From the NCBI GenBank assembly GCA_902590695.1, contig CACIXR010000006.1:21289-85288 (forward strand): 64,000 nt of DNA, in the 5' to 3' direction. Shown here piece after piece: positions 19,305-29,543 of this stretch. The position numbers and the translations under genes are program-made. Source of the stretch: an uncultured Alphaproteobacteria bacterium. GTDB taxonomy: Bacteria > Pseudomonadota > Alphaproteobacteria > HIMB59 > GCA-002718135. Under the pieces are notes generated by a model. It saw only the letters and a program-made list of their open reading frames with translations, was not told where the DNA came from and made no database searches. The first letter of the stretch is position 1. The number at the start of each line of letters is the position of its first letter.

Positions 19305-20389
19305 AATTTTTTTCCCTGCAGAATTTCATTTCTAAGTTTTCGAATAAGGTTTAGTTCTCCTTGAAAGTCAACATAATGAGGAAGTTTTAGGTGTGTTACA
19401 AATCCTTGTGCCTCAACATTGTCAGCATGATAGAGAACAAATTCTTGATCTTGAATTGGGAATTTGATTTCTTCACCGTACCCTTCACTCTTTAATGCTC
19501 TATCCACAATAGAAATAGCCATGGATTTTCTTTCATTATAGCCAAATGTTAAACCATAACCTCTTGTAAATTGGGGCGGGGTATTTTTATTTCCTGCAAA
19601 TTGATCTATCATTTGACATTCAGAGATTTCAATTTCGCCAATACAAATTTCAAAACCTAATTCATCTGGTGAAATAAAAATATCAACAATACCGTATTTA
19701 ATTTCTCCAACAAAAGGATGAGTTCCTTTACTTCCAAATCCCCTAATAGCAGAATAAGATAAACCTAGAAGAAAACCCTCATCACCCCTAGCAAGTATTT
19801 GCATCCATTGATCTCTGGATGCAGGAAATTTCATAGGATCTCTCGTAACATCAAATGGATTATCATTTAAATTGTTAATTTCCTGCTCTAATAAATTCTC
19901 ATTATTAAGATAATCAATAACACTAGGAAATTCTTTATTTTTAGGTTCTTGGTTATTGATGTTTTCATATGAATTTATCTCATCTTCTTTCATTAGAGAA
20001 AAATCTAATAATCTGTGAGAATAATCAAATGTTGGGCCAAGTATTTGTCCGCCCGGTATATCTTTAAAACTTGCAGATATTCTTCTTTTTATAATAATTT
20101 TGCTTGTATCTATAGCAGTTGAGTAAGCATATCTTTCTAAAGTGGTTCTATAAGCTCTCAATAAAAAAATTGCCTCGACCAAATCTCCTTGAGATTGTTT
20201 TATTGCTAAAGCAGATAAATCTTTATCATATAATGAACCTTCATTAATTACTCTATCAACTGCAAAACTTAGTTGTTCTTTAATTTGATTTATCTCAATA
20301 CTTTTAGTGCCAGTTTCTTTTCTTTTTTTCTCTAAAAGTTTCAATGAGCTTTTGATTGCTTTTTCCCCTCCTTTTACTGCTACATACAT
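19301..20389 (-). CDS. phnI: C-P lyase subunit PhnI
   Basis: MYVAVKGGEKAI, RRISASFKDIPGGQ, HLKLPHYVDFQ. Confidence 0.97.
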   Translation of the reverse strand: MYVAVKGGEKAIKSSLKLLEKKRKETGTKSIEINQIKEQLSFAVDRVINEGSLYDKDLSALAIKQSQGDLVEAIFLLRAYRTTLERYAYSTAIDTSKIIIKRRISASFKDIPGGQILGPTFDYSHRLLDFSLMKEDEINSYENINNQEPKNKEFPSVIDYLNNENLLEQEINNLNDNPFDVTRDPMKFPASRDQWMQILARGDEGFLLGLSYSAIRGFGSKGTHPFVGEIKYGIVDIFISPDELGFEICIGEIEISECQMIDQFAGNKNTPPQFTRGYGLTFGYNERKSMAISIVDRALKSEGYGEEIKFPIQDQEFVLYHADNVEAQGFVTHLKLPHYVDFQGELNLIRKLRNEILQGKKL

Positions 20390-20961
20390 TATTTTAACAC
20401 CTTTGATGTTCGTGGCAGACAGAAAAAATCATCTTTACACGTAAGAATTAAGTCGACACCTCTTGGAAAAATAAAATTATTATTTTGCCATTGAGATTGA
20501 AAATTTTTAGGTAAATTAGTTGGGGATATTGATTTTGTTTTTTCAATACCAGGACCTTCAATTATTAATTCTTCACCGTTAATCAGATCTTCAACTTCAA
20601 TAATTATCGTGGATGAGTTGTCAGGATATTCATCTGAGCCAAGATTAAAATTTTCAATATTAAATTCCTTATTTTGAATAATTGCAAAGTCACAATGATT
20701 AGATTTTTCTATACAATTTGCATTTGTGTTGAATGTTATAAAGTTTTGTATTTTTGATATCTTTTCAGAATCTATAAAAATTTTAGTATCAATATCAAAT
20801 AACGTAAAAATAATATTAGCTGTTGAAGAATAAAGAACATTATCTGTTTCAAGATTTTCTGGAACTGTGAATATAGATCCAGGAAAAGAGGTTGCTTTTA
20901 AAATTGTTCTAAACATATTTTGTGATGAATGTGTTTGATCTTGATATCCAATATATTCCAT
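20389..20961 (-). CDS. phnH: C-P lyase subunit PhnH
   Basis: QNMFR...PG, GSDEYPD, GPGI, FPRGVD, LPRT. Confidence 0.93.
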   Translation of the reverse strand: MEYIGYQDQTHSSQNMFRTILKATSFPGSIFTVPENLETDNVLYSSTANIIFTLFDIDTKIFIDSEKISKIQNFITFNTNANCIEKSNHCDFAIIQNKEFNIENFNLGSDEYPDNSSTIIIEVEDLINGEELIIEGPGIEKTKSISPTNLPKNFQSQWQNNNFIFPRGVDLILTCKDDFFCLPRTSKVLK

Positions 20962-21401
20962 TATCCATCACCTCTCACTAGTGTAAAGAAATCAACTTTT
21001 GATGAGTTACTTTCATTAATAATGTGATTTTCTTTTTTATTAATTTTATCTTTTAAATCTAAAATCATACTTTGAAGTTTAGAATAATAATTATTATCTT
21101 GCATTAAAGCATCTAAAACTGCTGCATACTCAGCTCTAATTTTATCTCTACCTAGATGATACGAATAACCAGTTGTTCCTTCTTCTAATTTTATGACACA
21201 TTTAGTTAATGTTGCTTCGCCTAGATTATAAGGATCTCCATTACCTCCTAATCTTGCCCTTATCATGATCGACCCAACATTTGGTCCGTAAATTATTTTA
21301 TAATCTTTAGTATAATTTATATTTTCTATACAATTTTTTAAATCTATTGTTTCTGTTTTTGACAAAATAGAAATCCAATCTTTTCTTTGTATTTCAGACA
21401 T
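20961..21401 (-). CDS. phnG: C-P lyase subunit PhnG
   Basis: RARLGGNG.PYNLGEATLTKC, KVDFFTLVRG. Confidence 0.95.
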   Translation of the reverse strand: MSEIQRKDWISILSKTETIDLKNCIENINYTKDYKIIYGPNVGSIMIRARLGGNGDPYNLGEATLTKCVIKLEEGTTGYSYHLGRDKIRAEYAAVLDALMQDNNYYSKLQSMILDLKDKINKKENHIINESNSSKVDFFTLVRGDG

Positions 21402-21402
21402 T

Positions 21403-22257
21403 TTATTTTGCTCTTAAATCTTGATTTGAACTTGAAAATGAACCAAGAGGAGTAATAATATTTCTTTTCTTAATATCTAAAGATATTTCTATTGGTTCAT
21501 CGCCATAAACTTTCCATGAAAATTTATTATCAAGGGAAATTTGTCCCCAAGATTTTGCTGGTTTTCCATAATTAGAAAAACTTTCAGTGAGGGATTGCTG
21601 AGTAAGATATGTAATTCCATCTTCTTGTGCAAAAGAATTCCAGTGCACGTGACCAGACAGAAAAAAAACAGGCATTGATGCTTTACATAAACTATTTCTT
21701 AAACGAGAAGAATTAGGATAAGACCCAAAAGAAGGATTGTTTTGAAAGTAATAGTTCCCGATCAGAGATGCAGGTGAAATTGGTACATGAGAAAAAATAA
21801 TAACTGGAACCTTGGAATTTATTACTTCGGTATTTAACCATATAAAATCCATTTCATTAATTTTAAAACCTCTAAAGTTATCTGTGTGATATATTTTTGT
21901 ATCTGCTCTCCATAATATTATTTTATAATTATTTAAAAGAATAACTTCATTTTCTAGAGACTGATTAAATATCTCTTCATTTTCACTAATAGAAAGATTC
22001 ACTACATCGTGGTTTCCACAAATATGATAAGTTTTAATTTTATTTTCATTTAATTTCTTAAATATTTTTTTTTGCAAATTAATATCATTTTTTTTATCAA
22101 CATCATTTATACGGTCACCCAAATCAACAATAAAATCTGGTTTTTCATTATCAACAAAAAGATTAAATTCATCTAGTAAGCTAAGTGCTGTATCACCTCT
22201 TTTAGTTAAAGTGTTCTTTCCATAATGAATATCAGCAATTGTAATTATTTTTATCAT
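21403..22257 (-). CDS. Calcineurin-like metallophosphoesterase (CpdA/Icc-like)
   Basis: DIH, DLGDRI, GNHD, SHVP, SGHVH. Confidence 0.88.
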   Translation of the reverse strand: MIKIITIADIHYGKNTLTKRGDTALSLLDEFNLFVDNEKPDFIVDLGDRINDVDKKNDINLQKKIFKKLNENKIKTYHICGNHDVVNLSISENEEIFNQSLENEVILLNNYKIILWRADTKIYHTDNFRGFKINEMDFIWLNTEVINSKVPVIIFSHVPISPASLIGNYYFQNNPSFGSYPNSSRLRNSLCKASMPVFFLSGHVHWNSFAQEDGITYLTQQSLTESFSNYGKPAKSWGQISLDNKFSWKVYGDEPIEISLDIKKRNIITPLGSFSSSNQDLRAK

Positions 22258-23174
22258 TAGTTTCTTGCCTCTATTGAATAACTATCTTCAGATTTTATAT
22301 AAAGTAATGAATAATATGTTGAGCCAATTATTAAAATTATACCAACTATAATATTAATTGTTAATAATTCATTGAAAAATATAAATCCAAAAATTATTGC
22401 AGCAACTAATCTAGAATATTCCCATGGAGCTATATACGACACATCAACTAATTTATAAGCAGTAAGAAAACACCATTGAGAAATAGAACCAAAAGTGATC
22501 ATAATTAGAATTGGTAAAAAAATTGAAGTTGGAATTTCATTCCAACTATAAATAGCGGGTAATAAAAACAATAATGTTATAGCAATATTTGGAATTAGCA
22601 TTATCCTTAAAACAGGTTCTTTTATGGAGAGCTTTTTAATAACTATAGTCAATCCAGCAGCAAAAACAGCCCCAATTATTCCAACAATACCAGAAATTAA
22701 AATCGATGAATTTGAAAATTCTAAGCATAATAATACGCCTAAAAATCCTATAAAGGTGACTAGTATTTTTTGAAAAGTAATATTTTCTGATAAAAATAAA
22801 TAAGCTAACCAAAGTACAAAAAAGCTTTTAGAAAATGATATAGCAGTTGCGGTTCCCATAGGTAAGTTAACAATTGAATAAATCCAGCAAACTATAGCCC
22901 CAATTATTAGAAATATTCTTAAAAAATATAATTGATAACCATTTTCTGGTAAAAATTTTATACCTGAAAAAATAAATATTGGAAATAGCAGTAGAGTGCT
23001 GCCAATAGATTTAATAAATATAATTTGATAGAATGATAGATATTGACTCGAAATTTTAAATGCTGACATCATACTTGCAATTGTAAGAGCACTTAATAAA
23101 ACTAAAAAACTTGCAAGGTATTTTTTATTGATAAAATTTTCTAATTTTTTTCTATAAGTTTTTTCGGTGTACAC
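22257..23174 (-). CDS. DMT/EamA transporter
   Basis: 10 TM segments in two EamA repeats (LFLSE, APWEY, FFNE). Confidence 0.85.
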   Translation of the reverse strand: MYTEKTYRKKLENFINKKYLASFLVLLSALTIASMMSAFKISSQYLSFYQIIFIKSIGSTLLLFPIFIFSGIKFLPENGYQLYFLRIFLIIGAIVCWIYSIVNLPMGTATAISFSKSFFVLWLAYLFLSENITFQKILVTFIGFLGVLLCLEFSNSSILISGIVGIIGAVFAAGLTIVIKKLSIKEPVLRIMLIPNIAITLLFLLPAIYSWNEIPTSIFLPILIMITFGSISQWCFLTAYKLVDVSYIAPWEYSRLVAAIIFGFIFFNELLTINIIVGIILIIGSTYYSLLYIKSEDSYSIEARN

Positions 23175-23178
23175 AATT

Positions 23179-24927
23179 TTAACTAGAAAGAAGCATTCTA
23201 TGATTTTCTAAATTATCATCATATTGTAAGTCTTCCTCAAATTGATATCCTTTCTTTAATAATAAATCACTTTTTATTTCAGAAAACATTTTTGGTTGAG
23301 TCATCTTTATATTTGGATCAGGTGTAGGAACTGATTTAATTAAGTTTTTTGTATAATCATGTTTAGTTTTTCTTAACACATCTTTAACTTTACCACTTTC
23401 TACAATTCTTCCAAAATACATAACTGCAACCCAGTCACTTATTTTTTCAATTACTGATAGATCATGTGAAATAAAAATATACGTTAATTTTAATTCTTTT
23501 TGTAAATCTTCAAAAAGACCAAGTACAGTTTCTTGAACAGAAACATCCAAAGCTGAAACAGGTTCATCAGCAATAACTAGTTTTGGCTCAAGAGCTAACG
23601 CTCTAGCTATACTTAACCTTTGCCTTTGTCCTCCTGAAAATTCATGAGGATATCTATACAAATGTGAATTATCTAGACCAACTTTATTTATTAACCATTC
23701 AACTCTTTCTTGTATAAATTTCCTGGAACCAGCATTATGAATTTCTAATGGTTCTGAAATTTGTTGAGCAGCTGTTCTTCTTGGGCTCAAAGATGCGAAT
23801 GGATCTTGAAATATCATACCTATATTTTTTTTAAAGTTTTGAAGATCTCTTCCTTTTAAGTCTAATGCGTTGGTTCCATCTAAAATTATTTCTCCAGATT
23901 CTGGTTTAACTAATCCTGCAACTGTTTTAGCAATTGTGGATTTTCCACAACCTGACTCTCCAACAATTCCTAATGTTTGACCTTCTTTAATTTTGAAGTT
24001 TGCTCTATCTACAGCACATAACTCAGTTGTAACATTATTTAAGATACCCCTTCTTACAGGATATTTTACAGTAACATTATTAAATTCTAAAATAAATTTG
24101 TTTTCCTCTCTGTATAATTTTTGATGTTCATTCCCAAGTTTTGGCACTGACTCTATTAAATTTTTGGTATACGGATCTCCTGGATTATTATAAATTTGAT
24201 TAACGGTACCTGTTTCAATAATAGAGCCTCTTTTCATAACAACTACTCTATCTGAAATTTGAGCAACAACACCTAAATCGTGTGTAATAAACATTACTGC
24301 TGTACCATGATTTTCTTTTAATTGTTTTATCAACCATAAAATTTGTGCTTGAATTGTTACATCTAGAGCCGTTGTAGGTTCATCGGCAATTAATAATTTT
24401 GGTTCACAAACAAGTGCCATCGCAATCATTATTCTCTGTCGCATACCTCCTGATAATTCGTGAGGGTATTGGGAAAATCTTTTTTCAGCTTGAGCAATTT
24501 TAACTTCTTTCATTGCCTCTATTACCATTTGCCTCCCTTTTTCTTTTGAGACATTTTTATGAGTAATTAGGGCTTCTAAAATTTGCTCACCTACTGTAAA
24601 AACTGGATTTAAAGAAGTCATAGGTTCTTGAAAAATCATCGAAATCATGTTTCCTCGAATGCTTCTTGCCTTCTCTTCTTCGATATTCACCATATTATAT
24701 TTTTCATCAAATATGATTGATCCATTTTCAATATTTCCACCTGCCTTTTGAATTAATGACATTACGCCCATTGCAGTAACAGATTTACCTGATCCTGATT
24801 CACCTACTATAGACACAGTTTCATTTGGATAAATATCAAAACTAATATTTTTTAGAGCTTTAAAATAACTATCATTATTACCGAATGATAATTCTAAATT
24901 TTTAACTTCTAATAATTTTTTTTTCAT
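23179..24927 (-). CDS. Dpp/Opp-type ABC transporter, fused double ATPase
   Basis: Two Walker A motifs (GESGSGKS, GESGCGKS); YPHELSGG and YPHEFSGG. Confidence 0.92.
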   Translation of the reverse strand: MKKKLLEVKNLELSFGNNDSYFKALKNISFDIYPNETVSIVGESGSGKSVTAMGVMSLIQKAGGNIENGSIIFDEKYNMVNIEEEKARSIRGNMISMIFQEPMTSLNPVFTVGEQILEALITHKNVSKEKGRQMVIEAMKEVKIAQAEKRFSQYPHELSGGMRQRIMIAMALVCEPKLLIADEPTTALDVTIQAQILWLIKQLKENHGTAVMFITHDLGVVAQISDRVVVMKRGSIIETGTVNQIYNNPGDPYTKNLIESVPKLGNEHQKLYREENKFILEFNNVTVKYPVRRGILNNVTTELCAVDRANFKIKEGQTLGIVGESGCGKSTIAKTVAGLVKPESGEIILDGTNALDLKGRDLQNFKKNIGMIFQDPFASLSPRRTAAQQISEPLEIHNAGSRKFIQERVEWLINKVGLDNSHLYRYPHEFSGGQRQRLSIARALALEPKLVIADEPVSALDVSVQETVLGLFEDLQKELKLTYIFISHDLSVIEKISDWVAVMYFGRIVESGKVKDVLRKTKHDYTKNLIKSVPTPDPNIKMTQPKMFSEIKSDLLLKKGYQFEEDLQYDDNLENHRMLLSS

Positions 24928-24941
24928 AAAATATTAATCAT

Positions 24942-24965
24942 GGAGGGCAGATTATTCTGCCCTCC
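24942..24965 (-). terminator. Stem-loop after the family-5 substrate-binding protein gene
   Basis: GGAGGGCAGA/TCTGCCCTCC perfect 10-bp stem. Confidence 0.7.
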
Positions 24966-24973
24966 TTTATAAT

Positions 24974-26626
24974 TTAATTTAATCTATCATCCTCAAACAT
25001 GCCTGCTCTAAAATCAAGAACGTATGGTATATGTCCAGGGAAAGGATCCCAATGAAGATCTTCTCTCATTCCATAACTTTCAAATGGTTGATATAGAACT
25101 AACATGAAAGCATCTTCTTTGACGAGATCCATTATTTCACCATATTTTGCATTTCGTTTTTCAGGGTCTAATTCCCATCTAAACTCATTATACAATTCAG
25201 TATATGCTTCCATACCGATCGATGGATTCCAAAGTTCTCTTGTCATTCCTGCACCACCTGGAGCCCACATTTTTCCAAATGAGCCATGAGGATCTGCATA
25301 ATACATTGGATTTGACCAATTCTGCATTTGACCATTGTACCCCCAAGAACCAGGCTCACCTTTAGAAGCCCAAGTTTCCGTTGTTCGAATAGTTACATCA
25401 ATACCAATTTCTTTCCACATCTCGGCCATTGCCTGAGCAGCTAGAAGACCATTTGTATAATAATATGGATCAGTCCAAAATTCTAATTTTGTTCCTTCTA
25501 AATTATTATCTTTGATAAGTTTTTTAGCTTTTTCAATATCGTAACTAAAAGTATCAAAATCAGGAGTATAAAATTTCCCGTAGTTAGGATATGAATGCGT
25601 ACTAGGAACTACAGACTTTCCAAACCATAAAGCATCATTTAAAAGATCTCTATCTACAGCTGATACCATTGCTTGACGAAGTTCTTTAGTGAAAGTTTTT
25701 GATCCACCAGAGAGAGCATCACTTTCCCTATCATAGCCAGCACCAGCAAAATAGATTACATGAAATAAAGGAGTTACTGCACCTGTGGTTTTATAACCTG
25801 GGGCATTATCAATTGTTGCCAACTGATCTGGCGCTATGTTTGTAGCTAAATCAATTTCTCCATTGATAAGAGCAGTTACTCTTGCCGCAGCTTCTGGAAT
25901 TCTTACCATAGTTATTTTATCGTATGGTGCTTTTTCACCCCAATAATCATCATGTCTTTCATAAACAATTTCGACTCTTGGATTAAATGATGTAACCTTA
26001 TAAGGACCAGTACCAACAGGTGCTAATCCGAAAGCACGATAATCAGATATTTCATCAATATCAGGATCACCTGTCAAACCCATAAGATATTTCTTAGGAT
26101 AAATCATTGATTGTTGTGAAGATAGAAATAATTCCGTTAGAAAATCTGGTTTTTTAGTAATAACTCGAACAGTGTTTTCATCGAGTGCTTCAGCTCTAGC
26201 TATATTTCCAAAAAATTCTTTAGATCTTTCTGTTCTTATAGGATCGGTAACATTAATCATTGATTGTAAAGAAAAAAGAACATCTTCAATGGTCATGTCA
26301 TCACCATTATGAAATTTTACACCTTTTCTAATTTTAAAATCAATAATTTGTTTACTTGGATGAATTTCATACGACTCAGCCAATCCACCAAACATCGGAC
26401 CAAATTCATTATCCATATTTTTTGCATTTTTACCTATCAAAGGTTCCATCATGTTTACAAAAAATTGTGAATCAACGTTTGAGTGACTTTGTGCTGGTGC
26501 AAACGTGGCTGATAGATTTAACACACCAACTTTTATTTCAACTGCATTCGCAAAAGAAGTTAAAGATAATGATGAAATAGATGTTAGAATTATAAATAAA
26601 TTTCTAACAAATTTTTTTATTTTCAT
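24974..26626 (-). CDS. Family 5 (Dpp/Opp/Nik) ABC substrate-binding protein
   Basis: Signal peptide; GLAES, RKGVKFHNG, PVGTGPYK, DYWGEK. Confidence 0.9.
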   Translation of the reverse strand: MKIKKFVRNLFIILTSISSLSLTSFANAVEIKVGVLNLSATFAPAQSHSNVDSQFFVNMMEPLIGKNAKNMDNEFGPMFGGLAESYEIHPSKQIIDFKIRKGVKFHNGDDMTIEDVLFSLQSMINVTDPIRTERSKEFFGNIARAEALDENTVRVITKKPDFLTELFLSSQQSMIYPKKYLMGLTGDPDIDEISDYRAFGLAPVGTGPYKVTSFNPRVEIVYERHDDYWGEKAPYDKITMVRIPEAAARVTALINGEIDLATNIAPDQLATIDNAPGYKTTGAVTPLFHVIYFAGAGYDRESDALSGGSKTFTKELRQAMVSAVDRDLLNDALWFGKSVVPSTHSYPNYGKFYTPDFDTFSYDIEKAKKLIKDNNLEGTKLEFWTDPYYYTNGLLAAQAMAEMWKEIGIDVTIRTTETWASKGEPGSWGYNGQMQNWSNPMYYADPHGSFGKMWAPGGAGMTRELWNPSIGMEAYTELYNEFRWELDPEKRNAKYGEIMDLVKEDAFMLVLYQPFESYGMREDLHWDPFPGHIPYVLDFRAGMFEDDRLN

Positions 26627-26701
26627 AGTTTACTCCATTAACTAAAAAGTTAAATTTAGTTTTATTTTTAACCATTAAAAATAAAACACCATCTCTTGAA
26701 A

Positions 26702-27574
26702 TCATTTTCTTTGTAAACGAACATCAAGAGAATCTCGTAACCAATCACCCAGTAACAAAAATACTAAAGCAATTAATAAAATCACTATCGCTGGCAAAAC
26801 ACAAATATGAGGATAGGAAGATAAAAAATCTCTTCCTAAGCCTGTCATTGATCCTAAAGTAGCTGTTGGAGGCTGAATACCTAAGCCCAAGAACGATAAA
26901 GAACTTTCTAATAAAATTATATTAGAAATACCAAAAGTGTATAAGACGATAATTGGGGAAGCAATATTTGGAAGCATATGAAGAAGAATAATTCTTCTTG
27001 GTTTCGCCCCTGCTACTTGCGCAGCAGATACATAGGGTTCATTTTTTATTTGTATTACTTGACCTCTTACAACTCTAGCATAATTTTCCCAACCACTAAT
27101 ACCTACTACAAAAATTAGGATTGTAATACTCGAGCCAAAAACAGATATTAATAATAAAGCCATTAAAGTACCTGGAAATGCAATCTGTATATCTACCAAC
27201 ATCATAAAAATGTTGTCTATGATACCTCCAACATATCCAGATATGACACCTATTAAGGTTCCAATCGTCATGGAGATTAATGATCCTACTAAAGCAATAA
27301 ATAAAGTAAACCTTAAACCATATATCAATCTTGAAAGCATATCTCTTCCAAGTTCATCGGTGCCTAGCAAAAAGCCAACTTTAAATTTTTCAAAACCCAA
27401 AGGAGGTCTTAATCTAGCTAACAAGCTCGTCGAATTTGGATCATAAGGTGCAAGAATAGGTGCAAAGATAGCAACAAGTATTAAAAAGAATAAAAGAAAT
27501 AAACCTCCCTTAATGATTAAATCACTTTTTTTGAATTTTTTAACTAATTCACTATTATTAAGAATTGAAAACAT
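26702..27574 (-). CDS. Dpp/Opp ABC permease (DppC-like)
   Basis: LGTDELGRD, ESSLSFLGLG. Confidence 0.92.
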   Translation of the reverse strand: MFSILNNSELVKKFKKSDLIIKGGLFLLFFLILVAIFAPILAPYDPNSTSLLARLRPPLGFEKFKVGFLLGTDELGRDMLSRLIYGLRFTLFIALVGSLISMTIGTLIGVISGYVGGIIDNIFMMLVDIQIAFPGTLMALLLISVFGSSITILIFVVGISGWENYARVVRGQVIQIKNEPYVSAAQVAGAKPRRIILLHMLPNIASPIIVLYTFGISNIILLESSLSFLGLGIQPPTATLGSMTGLGRDFLSSYPHICVLPAIVILLIALVFLLLGDWLRDSLDVRLQRK

Positions 27575-28488
27575 CAGTTTACTCTAATTCTAGGATCTAA
27601 TAATGCATATGTCAGATCAACTAAGAGAGTAGCCAATACAACTATTGAACCCCATAGCATCACACCATATTGGAGTATTGGATAATTGCTAAAGATCGCA
27701 GCTTTAACAATTAAGTTCCCTATTCCATCAATGGCAAAAACTGCTTCAACTAAAACAACAGCAGCAATAAAACCTGCAATTTGTAATCCAAGAATTGAAA
27801 CGATAGGCATTGATGCATTTCTAAATGCATGCTTAAAAATAACTATACGTTCTGATAAGCCTTTTGATCTTGCAGTACGAATATAATCTTCATTGAGAAC
27901 ATCAAGCATTGCTGAGCGTGAATAACGGATTTTACCGGCCAACATAGACATAGCTAAACAGCCTACTGGCATAATATAATGATAGGGAGTTTCTAAACCT
28001 ACAGTTGGTAATAAATGAAGCGTAAAAGAAAAAAGAAGGATGGCAAATATAGCTAATATGTAATTAGGAATAGCATATCCAGTAAATGCTAAAGCCATTA
28101 TGAATGTGGTTAAAATTGAATTTCGGTAAATAGCAGCGTAAATTCCAAGAGGAATGCCAATTATTAATGAAACTAAAAATGCATATCCAAATAAAGCTAA
28201 AGTATTAGGTAATTTACTAAAAAAAACTTCTGTTACAGGTTGAAAAGAAAAATAAGAAAAACCAAAATTACCTTCTATTATTCCTTTAAAATAACTAATA
28301 TATTGGACAAAGTATGACTCATTGAGTCCAAAATACTCCATTAAATAGTTATACTCTTCATTACTTAAACCTTCGGGTGCAAAATTATCAATCGGATTTC
28401 CTGCTATTCTTGTAGCAATGAAAGTAAGAGTAATGACTCCCCAAATTGTTAAAAAAGCTCTTAGAGTTCTTATAATTACGAACCGCAT
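27574..28488 (-). CDS. Dpp/Opp ABC permease (DppB-like)
   Basis: DYIRTARSKGL, KHAFRNA, LDPRIR. Confidence 0.92.
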   Translation of the reverse strand: MRFVIIRTLRAFLTIWGVITLTFIATRIAGNPIDNFAPEGLSNEEYNYLMEYFGLNESYFVQYISYFKGIIEGNFGFSYFSFQPVTEVFFSKLPNTLALFGYAFLVSLIIGIPLGIYAAIYRNSILTTFIMALAFTGYAIPNYILAIFAILLFSFTLHLLPTVGLETPYHYIMPVGCLAMSMLAGKIRYSRSAMLDVLNEDYIRTARSKGLSERIVIFKHAFRNASMPIVSILGLQIAGFIAAVVLVEAVFAIDGIGNLIVKAAIFSNYPILQYGVMLWGSIVVLATLLVDLTYALLDPRIRVN

Positions 28489-28491
28489 TTT

Positions 28492-29379
28492 TTATAAATA
28501 AATCTTAAACGGATGACCCCAGGCCTGTTTACCGTCATTTGTTCTTAAAATTAATCTTGCCCAACTATTATGGAACTTTGCTAATGGAAGTTTTGCTTCT
28601 TTAAGGTTTTCACCTGAAATTTTTTCAAATCTTGCTCCTCGACCAACTAAACCGATATAATCTACATTAGAAGTTTCTACATGAAAATATTCACTGACTA
28701 TTTCACTTCTAATTATCTCTGGCCCTGTTGATCCATAATAATTTCCAGATTTAAGCGCATCCAATATATCTTTATGCGAGTTAGATGCTGCTTGAACCAT
28801 AACCCAACCTGCATTGGCATCTTTTTCGTAATAATGAGCATCATCAGTTGCAATAGCTCCAATCATTCTACCCGAAGCCATAACTTGATCAATTAAATAT
28901 GAGCCATTTTCTCTTCCAAAAGTTTTGCAAACACCATTAAATGCTTCAATTGCATGAATGCCTAAGGGCATAGATAATGCATCATTTAGATTTAAACCTG
29001 ACCATTCAGGATGGGCGATAGCAACAAAAGCTCCAGCTTTTAGAGCTCTTGTAGCTATTTCAGGCCCAGATTCATCTTCAGTCGGAGAAGTGAAATCTTT
29101 AGGAATACCAACAGATAAGATATGCCATTCGTCTCCATTACTATTTTTACCAGCGTGAAGTTCTGCACCAGTTATTGTTGTAAATTTATCATCGGAGAAA
29201 TTTGATGTATCACTAATGGTAAAATTGTATTCACTTTTAAAATGGTCAGTTAAAGAAATAAAATCATAATTTAGGTTTTTATAAAATTCACAAACCTTTT
29301 CAGGTGACAATTGACCATCACTATTAGTTGAGTGGCAGTGAATGTTACCTTTATAAATTAAGTCAGAATTAACTATCAC
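28492..29379 (-). CDS. PHP-domain metallohydrolase (CehA/McbA or PhnPP-like)
   Basis: GNIHCHSTNSDG, LTDH, GAELH, AHP, TDDAH. Confidence 0.85.
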   Translation of the reverse strand: MIVNSDLIYKGNIHCHSTNSDGQLSPEKVCEFYKNLNYDFISLTDHFKSEYNFTISDTSNFSDDKFTTITGAELHAGKNSNGDEWHILSVGIPKDFTSPTEDESGPEIATRALKAGAFVAIAHPEWSGLNLNDALSMPLGIHAIEAFNGVCKTFGRENGSYLIDQVMASGRMIGAIATDDAHYYEKDANAGWVMVQAASNSHKDILDALKSGNYYGSTGPEIIRSEIVSEYFHVETSNVDYIGLVGRGARFEKISGENLKEAKLPLAKFHNSWARLILRTNDGKQAWGHPFKIYL

Positions 29380-29400
29380 AAAAAAAGTATTAGAAAAATT

Positions 29401-29476
29401 ATTTGTAAAAAAAATTACAAATATATTGAATTTTATTTAAATTATCTTCCAACTTTAATATTGTGTTGTAACCAAC
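29401..29476. promoter_or_regulatory. Divergent promoter region with candidate PhnF operator(s)
   Basis: Perfect IR ATTTGTAA-N6-TTACAAAT (29401-29422) and quasi-palindrome GTTGTAACCAAC (29465-29476) resembling HutC/GntR-family sites. Confidence 0.4.
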
Positions 29477-29543
29477 TTTATTACTGTGCGAAATAAGAAA
29501 GTAAATGTAGTAAAATTGAAACAAAAAAATGTAAAAAATAAAT

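Noticed and set aside
23179-28488. Dpp-type ABC system as the nickel importer for urease
   Set aside because: It is embedded in the phn transcription unit 13 kb from ure; not excluded biochemically, but context argues against it
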